Below are positions 15,215-26,420 of a stretch of 64,000 bases of DNA, piece by piece. Under the pieces are notes generated by a model that was given only the letters and a program-made list of their open reading frames with translations, was not told where the DNA came from and searched no databases. Within the stretch, counting starts at the first letter, position 1. Every line of letters starts with the position of its first letter. The translations under genes and the position numbers were made by a program. The DNA comes from Camelus dromedarius (Eukaryota): assembly GCF_036321535.1 (NCBI RefSeq), contig NC_087436.1:87174001-87238000 (forward strand), written 5' to 3'.

Positions 15215-15600
15215 GTGCTAGTTTGCTAAGGCTGTGGTGACAAACTGCCAGGTGGCTTAAACAACAGAAATTTATTTTCTCACAGTTCTGGAGGCTAGAA
15301 GTTCAAGATCAAGGTGCTGGCATCTCTGACTTGTCCCAAGGCCTCTCCCCTTGGCTGGCAGATGGTCATCTTTTCGCTGGGTTTTCACATGGCCTTCTCT
15401 CTGTGTACACAAATCCCTGGTACTTTTTTCTATTTTTATAAGCACACCAGTTATGTTGGATAAAGCTCCACGCTTATGACCTGATTTAATCTTAACGACC
15501 TCTTTCCAAGGCCCTGTTTCCAAAGGCAGTTGCATTGGAGGGGGTTTAGGGCTTCAGCATACACCTTTGAGGTGGACATGATTCAATCCATAACACCACC
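15215..15600. mobile_element. MLT1-type LTR
   Basis: ggcttaaacaacagaaatttattttctcacagttctggaggctagaagttcaagatcaaggtg ... attcaatccataaca, characteristic of MLT1. Confidence 0.8.
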
Positions 15601-18086
15601 TGAAAAAGTAAAAACTGACCCTTATCTTATAGAACAAAAAATTTAAATGTAAAAACTAAATCATAAGCATCTTAAATGATAATCTAGGAGACACTGTGTA
15701 ATCTGGGGTCATGGATGTTTCTTAACCAAGTCAGGAATCTCATCAACTATAAAATAAAAATAGTAGACATATTGACTCTATAAAAATATTACACTTTTCA
15801 GGGTAAAAAATATCTTAAAATGTAAGAGTCAGGAAACAGTGCAGGAAACATAACCACCTAAATGTATTTCAAGAAGAGAGGCATTTAATATAGGGAATTA
15901 GGTGTTTACGAAGGTATTGAGAGGGCCAGTGAGAGTAAGGTGGCTGCCACTGTATGATGGATTTCAAGGGCACATTGACAGTTACAATCTCAGTGTCAGA
16001 AAGCTGTTGCTGCTACTACTCCTGCCTCCTCGACAATCATGATCAGGAAGCTGGTGATCAGACAGTGAAATGCAAAGTGGGACCACAAATATTCATGTCT
16101 CTCTAACTTGCTTTCCAGCAAAAATAGCACCTCTATCTTCCAGATCTTGCATGAGTGCATCTCATTGGTGCAGCCTAATTCACATCACATTCCTAGCTGA
16201 AAGAGAGTCTGTGAAATGTGGTTGTTTTTTTTTTCTCTTTCCAGCCCTTGTGATCAGGGGTTAGGAATTATTACTGTACATCAAATGCCCTGACTATATC
16301 CAGGAAACAAAGTCCATTTATAAAGCAAGACATTTGGGGATTGAGGGTGAGAATTACTGTTAATAAGGACAAAGACTTCCAATTTAAAATACATTAAGAT
16401 CTCTTAAAGATGGGTAAGAAAAAAGGGAGACAACCCAAAATAAAATAGGCAGAAGATATGAATATGCAATTCACATCAATGGCAAAGATAAAGAAAGAAA
16501 AAAATATGCTTAGACTCATATCCAAAATTACACAACACAGAGATATCACTTAATACCCATCATAATGGAAGAATTTTAAAGAGCAATGACATATATTAAT
16601 CATGGGATTTGGGGGGAGAGTATTTGAATAAGGTCAGTGTTCAGGTGCAGAAAAGAGGCACCACTCTAGTTGTTTTAATTAGAAAGGAACTTAATGCTGG
16701 AGTTACTATGGAAAGAGCTAGAGTAACTGGCTCTAAGCTGGACCTCTAGGAATGATTCCCAGAAAACCACGGCTCAACTCACCACCAGAGACACTACTTC
16801 CTTTTACGTGGAAGTGAATATAATGAGATAGCATTTCTATGTAATAATAAGACTATGTGTGCATGCGTGACTGTGTGTGCATACATGTGTGTCTGATTAT
16901 GTGAGCCTGAGGAAAGTCATGCAAGGACACACACCAGGTTGTTACCAGGGGTTACCAGCACAAGTGGAGTCATGGAGTAGGAGTGGAGGGTTTGAAATGC
17001 TCTGAGTAAAATGAATAGGAAAAGAAATGAGGAAGGTGAGCTGTAAGAAAAGGGAAAGAAAAGAGAAAAACCGCCAAAAAAGGTCCATTGTTTTCAGCAT
17101 GGCTCATTCAGAGTCATCCTCTCAAAACCTATCATCTAAAAAGCTTGTGTCCAAACATTGACCTATAAGAAGACACCTTCGTTCAGCCAGCTATGGAGCT
17201 GTGATTGATATGCATGACATCAAACATTGAGCTGAAGTATTTTTTTAATTTTTCCAGGTGTTCTAGAATGGAATCTTTTCTATTCTGGAAAGCAATTTGG
17301 CACAAGCCACAAAACTTTTCTGTCCATTGACCTAGAAATTACACTTCTAGAAGTCTAAGGAAAAACCCTAAGGAGATTTGGGTACAATCTTTTTGTTTAA
17401 AGATGTTACTTTTGCATTAATTAAAAGCAAAAAATAAGGAATAAATGGTCTAAATGTTTAGCAAAAATTAATTTAATAGATCCACAGAATGGAACATCAA
17501 GTAACTACATGAAAGTCATTTTTTAAGAATTTTAATAGCATAGGAAATTGCTCATGATATAATGTTAAACAATAAAACAAGACACAAAATTATGTACTGC
17601 ATTATTTCACTGTTGTTAGACACAAACAAAGAAGACCTTAAGGAAATACACCAAAATGTTCATGGTGATGAGCTCTAGGAAACAGATTAAAGATGATCAT
17701 CATTTTCTTAATTTACTTGTGTATTTTCCAAATTTTCTAGAATAAGCATTTATTTGGTATGGAGTGTTCTTCTTTTGCTCTGATGTGAGGGAAAACTGGC
17801 TAGGAATTCAGCCATCCCTGTGAATCATAGCTTACAAACTCTAGGAGGGTAGTTGTCTGCTTAAACAGTGTGCCCTCTGCTTAAAACGTGGTAATGGGTG
17901 GACACATGGCTGAATTTTGTTGTTCTGATGGGCCAGGCAGGGGTTTCCTTCCCTTTTCAATCTCCTTTTCTTTTCTCCTGAAGCTTTTAAGGCCAGTAGG
18001 ACAATCAGAGATTGGAGGATCATTCTGTTGATTAAAGCACTACGTCTACCTTCTTCCATGCATATCAGGTTATAAATTAAGGAGAG

Positions 18087-18190
18087 GATAATATTTGTAA
18101 GAGAGAGCCAGAAATATACAGAAATCATAGATGTCTTTGATAATATTTGTAAGAGAGAGCTAGAAATATCCAGAAATCATAGATGTCATT
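18087..18190. repeat. Tandem duplication, two copies of a 52-bp unit
   Basis: gataatatttgtaagagagagc(c/t)agaaatat(a/c)cagaaatcatagatgtc starts at 18087 and again at 18139. Confidence 0.95.
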
Positions 18191-21134
18191 GTAGTTATAT
18201 GTGTGAATAAATTAGACCTCAGGTTTTCTACCAGGTTTCATTCATACTTTTGACAAGTCCTGTCTGGCATCTGGCCTTCCATGGCCACGATGAAACATAT
18301 AAGTCAACATCACACCAGGAAGAGCTGGGCAAGGTAGGGCATTTGGGACATTTAGTACATTTAAAATTCATGTCATATCCTTTGAGACTTCAGAGTTAAT
18401 ATTTTGTGAAATGACTATTTTGCTCAAGATCAATACATCTACCATTTTGAGCATGTACTTATATATTAGGCACCTTAACTATGCCATTGCAGTTGATCGT
18501 AACACTAATATTATTGCCTCTGTGGAAACTGAGGAAACTGCGATGTTATTAGATGTAATTTCTTTGAGGGCACACAGCTTGTAAATAACAGAGCCAACAT
18601 TCCAAGCTGAGCATGTCCAGCCCCAAAGCCTCAGTCTCTGCCCACCATTCCCAGCAATCAGACTCACATCCTGATATGCTCCTGCACCAATTGTACTAAA
18701 GCAAGTCCTTTGGTTTTTCTTTTTCTTTTTTTTTTTTTTTTTTTTTTTTTTTGCCATTTTGGTACATTCATTTGCAGTCAGTTAAACCATTTTTTTTTAC
18801 ATAGACTTTGTTTGTCAATGGAAGTTAATGCTTCTGTTCTGGAACTAGCTTTCCTCCAGGGTGCCCAGAGACATTTCAAAGCCACATTGAGCAGTAACAA
18901 ATTATATTTTCCTTAACAAATTTCTCACCTAGTCATAAAGTGATTGTGGATGTTGCCAGTGTCTGTTGGTGTTTATATCCTGGCTGTGAGCAGGAGGGCA
19001 AGAAAACATCAAAGTCTTGTGGGTGAGGAAGAATCACCTCTGATCTTCACTTCAAAGACAACCAAACAAAAAAACCCTCCCCATCAACACCTTAGGGATT
19101 AATGTCAATCAGGCTCCTTCCGCAACGTGTCTATACAAGCATATGCTTATAATAAATGAACCTTGTTGGGAAACCATAAACCTCCTCTAAAATAGCAGTA
19201 AAAATACCACACACACAATTTTTCCCTGATGTATTTATTATAAGTGAATTTTAGTGAATGGACCCTTTTTTATCCCTTTGCCCTGATTCTCTAACTCTGA
19301 TTTTTAAAAGGTGCCAACAAGGAAGGTCCCATCACAAAGGGGGGTGAGCGCTGCTTCTAAGCCCCTAAGTCTAAACACCTGATATTTTCTGTAATGTCTG
19401 CAGAACTTTCCTTTCCTTCCTCTCCAGATCCCGTGTCTCACTATTCCTCATAGAGCACAAGGTTAGCTTCACAAAGCCTTTTGGTCTGGATCTGGGTCTG
19501 GTTCAAAATTCTTAATTCCACCTACACCTCCATGTCATCCACCTCCATCTTTTCTGGGACACGGCAACCTGAGGAAGGATGCCTTCCTCCTAGAACTCTC
19601 CCTGGGCTGGGTTTGATGTCTCATTTCTGACTCCACAGTGCCTGGTGCTACCTCGACCACATCACTTACTGTACAGCCATCATCCATGAATTCTTGGAGA
19701 GCCAGGACTATGTTTGGATCATCTTTGTATCCCAGGCGTGTAGTCCCGAGCCCAACACAGAGTCGGTGCTCAATCAGGGCCTGTTGCCCAATTAAGTGCA
19801 TGAATAGAAGTGAGACCATCCTTCCAGAAAAATAAGAGTTTTGAAAAAACAAATGGAGCTCAATTTACAAGGCAAACCTTTCACTGCCTTCCTACTGTTT
19901 TGATTATCACTTGAAAGATTTACTCTCTTTTTGTTTAAATTTAGAAACTGGAATTTTAAAGAGCAGCTGATAAAGGACATATTCCAGACTTTAAAAATTT
20001 AGCTTAATACATACTCATCAGGAAGAAAAAACAGCCGATTTTCATTTTTCATGAAAATATGACAATAAAAATGCATTTGCAGTTACAAAACAGGTCAAGG
20101 TCACTTGTAGCTCTCATTAATCCTGCCACTTCTGTGAAAAAGGCTAAAAGCATTGCCTACATTTTGCTGATGGAAAAAAAGTAACAGGTTCCATCTTGCT
20201 CTGGGTATAATAGCAAAGCCTGCAGTAGAGCCAGAAATAGAACCCGGAGGGCTTTGTGCTCCATTTCTGATATAGAACAGGACTCAGCTGAAGCAGTCTC
20301 TCTAAAACTGTGCTACAGAAGACGCAAGTCTGTCTCTTCACTCAATGTGCTTTAACTGAATTAAACAGTCCATTTTTGCCATACTTTCAAATAAATATCT
20401 TAGACTAATTAGTTTAATTGACCAACCAAGTATAATTTATATAGTACTTTCATAGAGTACATTGACTGCTAAGCAAAATGGATAACATGAAATCATTTAA
20501 AAGAATTTTTTAAAGGAAAAGCCATATTTCAAATCCAATGTCATCAAATGCTACAGGACAGCAAGTACTATTGTTTAGGTTCAGCTGGTTAACATGCAAC
20601 TTCTGATATGGCTGTCAACATAATTCTGGGTTTTTTTCAGAGTTCTAATTGAAATCCCACAAGCACTTTTAAGGAAAACACCTTCAAAGTTACAGAAATT
20701 GAGAATTCCATGCTGCCATCCTGTGTCCACCATCTGGCCATTGCAGCTGATTTCAGTTTCCTTCCCTGAGTTTGTGTGTGTGTACAAGCGTTGGGGAGGA
20801 ACTTGACGCACTAGCTGCTACACTGTTTGGATGTGCTTACAATTCCTAATATGTTCACCAGCCATCTAAACTGTTCAACTGGGAGTAGAACCGCTCTCAG
20901 AAAACATCAGCAATACGTGGATTCTCTGGTGCAAAATGAGAAACTTTATCGTGCCTACTGTACACAGCAGGTAGCTGAAAGGATTAAATAAGATAATCTG
21001 TTAGAGCAGTTCAAGGAGTTCAGAGCACATAGTTAAGTGTGCAATAAAAGCTAGCTCTTATTATCTTTAACATGCTGGGCTGAACACCTTGCCAACATCA
21101 AATTTTTACTGACATGTATGTATACAACACAATT

Positions 21135-21320
21135 TTTATTTTTATTTTTTATTGAAATGTAGTTGATTTATAATGTTAGTTTCAGGTGTACAGCAAAGTG
21201 ATTCAGTTATACGTATATATACATATATTTTTTTTCAGATTCTTTTCCATTATATCTTATTATAAGAAATCGAATATAGTTCCCTGTGCTATGCAGTATA
21301 TGTCCTCATTGTTAATCTAG
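21135..21320 (-). mobile_element. L1 3' end fragment
   Basis: T-rich tail then attgaaatgtagttgatttataatgttagtttcaggtgtacagcaaagtgattcag...tatagttccctgtgctat. Confidence 0.75.
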
Positions 21321-23039
21321 TACAGCACATTTTTAATAAGTACCATGTATGGGCAATTTTTACATGGTCTGCAAGGTCTGGGATGTTCTGGCAGCCACCC
21401 AGCATCTCCCGGTAACCCACACTAGCCCCCTACCCACCAGCCCAGTATATATCATACCACGTCCTGAATCTCTTTCCACACTCATCCCCTGGCTTTCTGT
21501 GCAGAACTCACAGTATTTTCATGAATGCACTGACCTCTTTCCTGGAGCTCACACTCTGCACATGCTCTTCCCTCTACCTGGAACTAAACCCCCAAGTTCC
21601 TTTCCTTTGCCTCATAAATTCATCTTCAATTTTCTACTTAATCATCCCTTTCTTAACCTCACAGCTGAGTCTTTGGCCTCTATCTTAGCCTTTAAGTGGT
21701 AATTTCACATTTTAAAAATATGATTCTTGTATTAATGTCTGTTTTACCCACTAGACTAAAAGCTCCACAAGGGCAAGGCTCATGTTTTGTTGCCAGCTAT
21801 TTACCACCAGGTCTACCACAGTGCTTGGTATATGGTAGTTCTCAATACATATGGATTCTATAAATGAACGAATACATCCCAGCATGAGGCAATTGCTTCC
21901 AAAGACTGAGTATTTCTCTCTCTCCACTTTATTTCACAATCACTGAGTTCCCTGCACCCCTGGCCTCATTCAACTATACTGTGAAAACATATGTATTTTA
22001 GAAGGTAAAAATTGCTTGGGGGGAAAGAAAATGTAAAATTAATTTAAAAGGGAGAGGGAGGAAAAGAGATATCAATGAAATAAACCTAGTTACAAATGGG
22101 GTGGTGAATCAACATTAGCAAAGGGCAATATGAGTAGTGGTCACACCCATTTCTTGATCCAGACTGAAGCGTAAAAGAGAGAGAAAAAGTCATCGAAGAG
22201 GCAGGAAACAAAAAATAAAGAATGGCCCGGGGAGGGCTGAGGAGGTCAGTGCAACCAGAGCCCAGACCAGAGCAGCCAGAGTGGTGCTGCTTCGGGGGAA
22301 GTGTCCCCTCAGCACGCAGACGGCCAGGAAGGATAAAGCAGACTGCAGACTGATTCAGGGGCTGGGAGACGAGGGGCTGGGAACCTGTTTGAAGACCACT
22401 GTCCCATCCCCATGATAGATAGCCTCCTTCATGAGTATCCTCTCACTAGTGACTGCCACCAGGACTGTAGACCATGTGTACGCACCCCCGGGAGATGGCC
22501 TTGTCCATCTTGGTCTCTGCATTACCAAATATGAATCCAAACAGACCCTGCTCAGGTGCGCAGGCCACCACTCAGACAGCCCTCCTGGTAAAGAGCCTGT
22601 CATCATATTTAGTCATTTCTGCAGTGAAATGTAGTTTCCAACGCTATAACCCCAGTCATGATGAGTTTTGCTTCTTTGTTTCTTAGTGTCAGAAGGGACA
22701 TTTGTTCACAGAAAAGACTTTTCTATCTTTAGTTTTCTACGTTTTAATAAATGTACAGGTTTTTCTCCTTATCACTTATCATTAAGATATTTTATATTTA
22801 CATGTTGACTTTTTTGTTTTGCACTAGAATGTTAAAGGCCTTTGTTTCGGTCTTTTGAGGAATAGAAAGGTGCACGGCACATTGTAGGCACTCAAAAAGA
22901 ATGAAAATGTGGCCCAGGCAAGAGCCGCTCAGCGTTCTAGGGGGCTGTGTGACCTGGAGCCCTGGGCCAGGCGCTGGCCTGAGGAGAGGATAAGGGCTAT
23001 GGCCTCGCTAGGAGAGCTGTGGAAGGAGCGTTGGCCTGG

Positions 23040-23920
23040 GAGAACCACATCCACAGGCGTCAAGGCCTGGGGAGGCACCAGATAAATCCGGTTCCCGCGC
23101 TGACACCCTGAGGCTCCAGGTACGGTCAGCTAGTTCTCCCGCCGCAGCAAGTCAGAAGGGGCCCGCCCCTCCCGGCCCCTCCCCGCCCTGCCCCAAACTT
23201 CCTGGGGATTGGCTGTCTGCCCCCCGCCCACCTCCAGCCCCGCCCCGAAGCCCTCCTCCTGCCCCGCCCCTCCCCAACCTTCCCAGGGATTGGCTGCCCG
23301 CCCCGCAGCCATCCTCCGGGTCCCACCCCGCCTGCCCGGTCTCTGCGGGCCGGGGTCTCTTTGTCCCAGCGAGTTGGGCTATGAGTGTTACTCCGATTTC
23401 GGCTCTCTCTGTCTCTCCCGGCGGGGTGGGCCCCTGACGGGTCTGAGGGGCCCGAGTAAGGCTGGATGCCTTCGAGCTTTGCCCGCCCGGAGCTCCGCTG
23501 CTCCCGGCGGCCAGAACGCAGGGGTAGAGCAGCCCTCGGCGGCCCGGGTGGGGCGGGCGATTGTGCTCGTCCCGGAGCTGCGCGAGGCACACACGCTGCT
23601 CGGAGCCGCTCGGAGGCTTCCCGGAGAGCAGGACCCGCGCGGTAACAAGTTTGTGCTTTGCTTCCCCAGGGCAAAGCCGCCGCTACTTTGTAGCGGGTTC
23701 GGGGCCCGACCCCGGCTGCGGCAGTAAGAGCGGGTCTCGGACCCACTCTGGGCCTGGGAATTTGTCTCCGACGTCTGCGGTGCAGCGGCCTGAGTTCTAA
23801 GCGCAGGTATGTCCGTCCTTGAGTGACGTGAAATGACTCGGTCCCGAGCACGTGGCCAATGGCCACCAGAGCGTTTCTAGGCACGTGCTTGGAGCAAAGG
23901 CCGGAATCCGGCTCTCCTTT
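23040..23920 (+). promoter_or_regulatory. CpG island / DANCR-paralogous promoter upstream of the HEMO env remnant
   Basis: CpG-dense; reverse CCAAT boxes (GGGATTGGCTG; ATTGG at 23208 and 23289) and several GC boxes, homologous to the promoter at 46.0-46.3 kb. Confidence 0.85.
23528..23595 (+). ncRNA. MIR4449: MIR4449-like GC-rich hairpin (copy 1)
   Basis: agcagccctcggcggcccggg...cgtcccggagctgcgcgaggcac matches the recalled human MIR4449 hairpin in DANCR intron 1. Processing in this species is unknown. Confidence 0.6.
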
Positions 23921-24070
23921 AACAAAGGAAACGGATGTTCACAAGCAGAACAGCTGCTTCTAGTGGGTTTTCGGACTCTTTATGGAACTGCTGAGCTCCA
24001 GGTGTACTGACGGGAGAGGAGTTCAGGAAATCGTAGAGAACCTTGTGAAAAACCCAGATCGCCCTTTCCT

Positions 24071-24192
24071 CTGCCCTTTTAAGGCTGACGCAGTGCCTTA
24101 AGAGGCTAACACAGAAGGGTAAAGTAAGTCTCCATAAAACCCAGAGAAGAGATTGTAGAACTCCTCTTTGGATCCTGTCTGGAGTCACAGCT
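24071..24192 (+). ncRNA. SNORA26: H/ACA box snoRNA SNORA26, copy 1
   Basis: Two hairpins, H box AAAGTA (24121-24126) and ACA (24187-24189) three nt from the 3' end; 122 nt. 3' pocket strands TAAAAC and CCTGTC are complementary to 28S rRNA GACAGGUUAGUUUUA. Matches the recalled human SNORA26. Confidence 0.93.
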
Positions 24193-24459
24193 GAACCAGA
24201 AGAAAATTTCCTTTCATTTTAAGCACCTTTGTGATATTTTTACACAGCTCAGAGCACAAGTGATGAATTCAAATCTAACCTTGGCATTGATGGTACCAGT
24301 GTTAATATTTGTCACTGAAGCATGGTCTTCACTGACAGGCCTTACCATCCCTTTCTTCCAGGAGATGAGTATACGTCAACATTTTTCGAAGAAAACATAC
24401 AGTGCCACCTCTCTGGGAGAGGCCTTAGGAAGGACCACTAACTTACATCTACACTCTCA

Positions 24460-24640
24460 TTAGAATAAAAGTCCTCTTGGATTCACAGGAGACACCAAGC
24501 TAGATCCAGATCATCACCCCCCAGGACAATTAGAAACCCATCCCTATCAGTGACCTCAAATTGAGGATTTTCAGTGCTTACTCAGGCTCCAGAAGCAGGC
24601 GATGCCATGAAACAGACAGCTTTACCCAAGATCTCACATC
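24460..24640 (+). mobile_element. Retroviral pol (integrase C-terminal) remnant of the MER34-type provirus
   Basis: tcttggattcac (SWIH) and agtgacctcaaattgaggattttc (SDLKLRIF), motifs typical of the end of gamma-type pol, immediately upstream of env. Confidence 0.55.
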
Positions 24641-24801
24641 AGGAATTTTGTCTCCATTTATGTCCCCTAGAAACCTTTCCTCTCCCTGACCTGGAAAAGT
24701 CTCTGAACCTAGAAATTTAAACAGAACCCCTCCTGTTACAATTATAGAAAGATTAGCTGGAGGTTGCTTGCCTTCACCAGCCCTCCCTCTGCTCCTCCAC
24801 T

Positions 24802-26379
24802 ATGGGCTCCCTTTCAAATTGTGTTGTTCTAGCCAACTTTTTCTGCTTTCTCAACAATTTTAGCTCAGCCCCCACCAATCTTCCAAACCCTGGCCACCTT
24901 AACTCATCAGTCTGATTGCTGGTTATGTCAGCATCTAAACAACACACACAAACCCAAACTAGTTTTCATTCATGCCAGTGCAAGCACCTGGTAAACCCAT
25001 TCCGGACAGTGGCTGTAGGAAAGGCACCCTGCCTCCTATATATGGCAGGGTGGTTTGGCACTGGGGCACTCCCATGGAAGCTCAAGGTCTATCCTTCACT
25101 CAGGTGAGGCTGCTGGAGGGGAATTTTTCTCTTTGCATTGAAAATAGAAACGGCACTGGACCCCTCCTAGGCAACATACCAAAACAATACTGTAATCAAA
25201 CACTGGTTTGATTCCACAGATGGCACCTTCAAACCCTCCACAGATGTTATAAATGAGTCCAAGGCTGATTATAATAATACAGATGTTTGCCTAGGCACTG
25301 GACAGTATTCCTGGTTTGCACGCCACCCAGATGTGACCTGGAATAGCTCAGCTGTTCCCCTGGTTGGTCTGCCCGATACCCAAGGCTACACATGTGTAGA
25401 CCAAAATTCTGGCATGACCTGGTCTGGGAACAATGCCTATCTTGATAGCTGCCAAAGCAGACTGCTGGTCTTCGCAACCTATTTTGCTCTTACAGCCTGA
25501 CAGAGGCACGTGGGAAACTGAGATGTACAGATGCCAACAGAACCAATGACAAAGGCCACCACGGCCACTGAACTCCAACCTGGCAGGTCACAGTCTCCAC
25601 TCTGCCCTTGTCTGTTACCTTGTCTCTGGTCTGTTTATGTGGCAATAAGATATATAAAGAGTTCCCACCTAAATGGTCAGGGCGATGTGGACTTGGATAC
25701 CTGACACCTTCCCCCACCAGGTACCCCACATTAAATGCCACAAACCTGGGCTCCACATAGATGCACCCAATAAGACATCATAGGCAATCTGCCCATGCAT
25801 TACAATTCTAATTCAATAAAGACACTCTTTCCAAATTTGAGGACTTCTGACCTAGAAGAAGCAATTCTGAACATTTCCAAAGTAATGAAACAAGTATTCA
25901 CTGCCACCCTGCAGACCTCGAAAGCACACCAATTGGGTCGGCCGTTTCACGTCTGTGCTCCAACATCGTCTCCTGGCTATGTGGGCTGCCCAACAAGGAA
26001 CACAGTGTGCCGTCATTGGCATACGATGCTGCTTGTATGTGAATAATTCAGGAAAAGACACAGTATCACCTGAACTGTTTGAAAGAACATGTCAACAATC
26101 TAGGTTGAATGAGTGAAGCATGGTTTATTTGGAGGGACCTATTCTTGAGAATGAAGGCTGGTGCAGGGAGAGATGGGGCTATGTGTTGGGATTTGTTCTT
26201 TTATACTCCTTTATCCTCGTTATCTGTGTTTTTGTTCACAGATCTCTTACCTCCCAACTTCTAAGCCAGGTCTCCCCACAGCAGTCTCCCCAGCTCCTTG
26301 CCTGTGAAACTTCATGACAAGTTACAAGCAGGGAAATGAAGGGACTAACCCCACTAAAATGATATAAAGACTATTTTAA
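24802..26379 (+). pseudogene. ERVMER34-1: HEMO / ERVMER34-1 endogenous retroviral envelope, pseudogenised by multiple frameshifts and stops
   Basis: Starts MGSLSN at ATG 24802. Fragments in shifting frames: QSDCWLCQHL...ASASTW (CXXC), MEAQGLSFTQVRLLEGNFSLCIENRNGTGPLLGNIPKQYCNQ, PPKWSGRCGLGYL, HRCTQ, DLEEAILNISK, CCLYVN, WGYVL (TM) and SPQQSPQLLACETS, all colinear with recalled human HEMO. First in-frame stop at 24913-24915. Confidence 0.93.
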
Positions 26380-26420
26380 ACTGAGGACATCTGGACAAAC
26401 AATAGCTGCAAGAGAAGGGG

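Larger units (their letters stand above)
23300..24247 (+). ncRNA. Inverted partial paralogue of DANCR (exon 1 region, exon 2 at 23670-23806, intron 2 with SNORA26; no DANCR exon 3)
   Basis: Reverse-complement match to 45090-45875. Exon 2 is bounded by acceptor ttgcttccccAG (23668-23669) and donor cagGTATGT (23807); its 137 nt resemble human DANCR exon 2 (...TGTAGCGGGTT...ACGTCTGCGG...AGCGCAG, from memory). Start approximate. Confidence 0.85.

Noticed and set aside
23126..23884. 252-aa and other long ORFs over the first CpG island
   Set aside because: Arg/Pro/Gly/Ala-rich products typical of stop-poor GC-rich DNA. An indel between the two arms shifts the frame, so there is no coding constraint.
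23919..24188. Duplicated ORF MTPDRIQRGVLQSLLW... (also at 45156-45365)
   Set aside because: It is the antisense translation of SNORA26; conservation is explained by the RNA.
24802..26379. Functional HEMO protein
   Set aside because: A frameshift after about 10 codons gives a stop at codon 38, and many further frameshifts, stops and deletions follow, too many for sequencing error.
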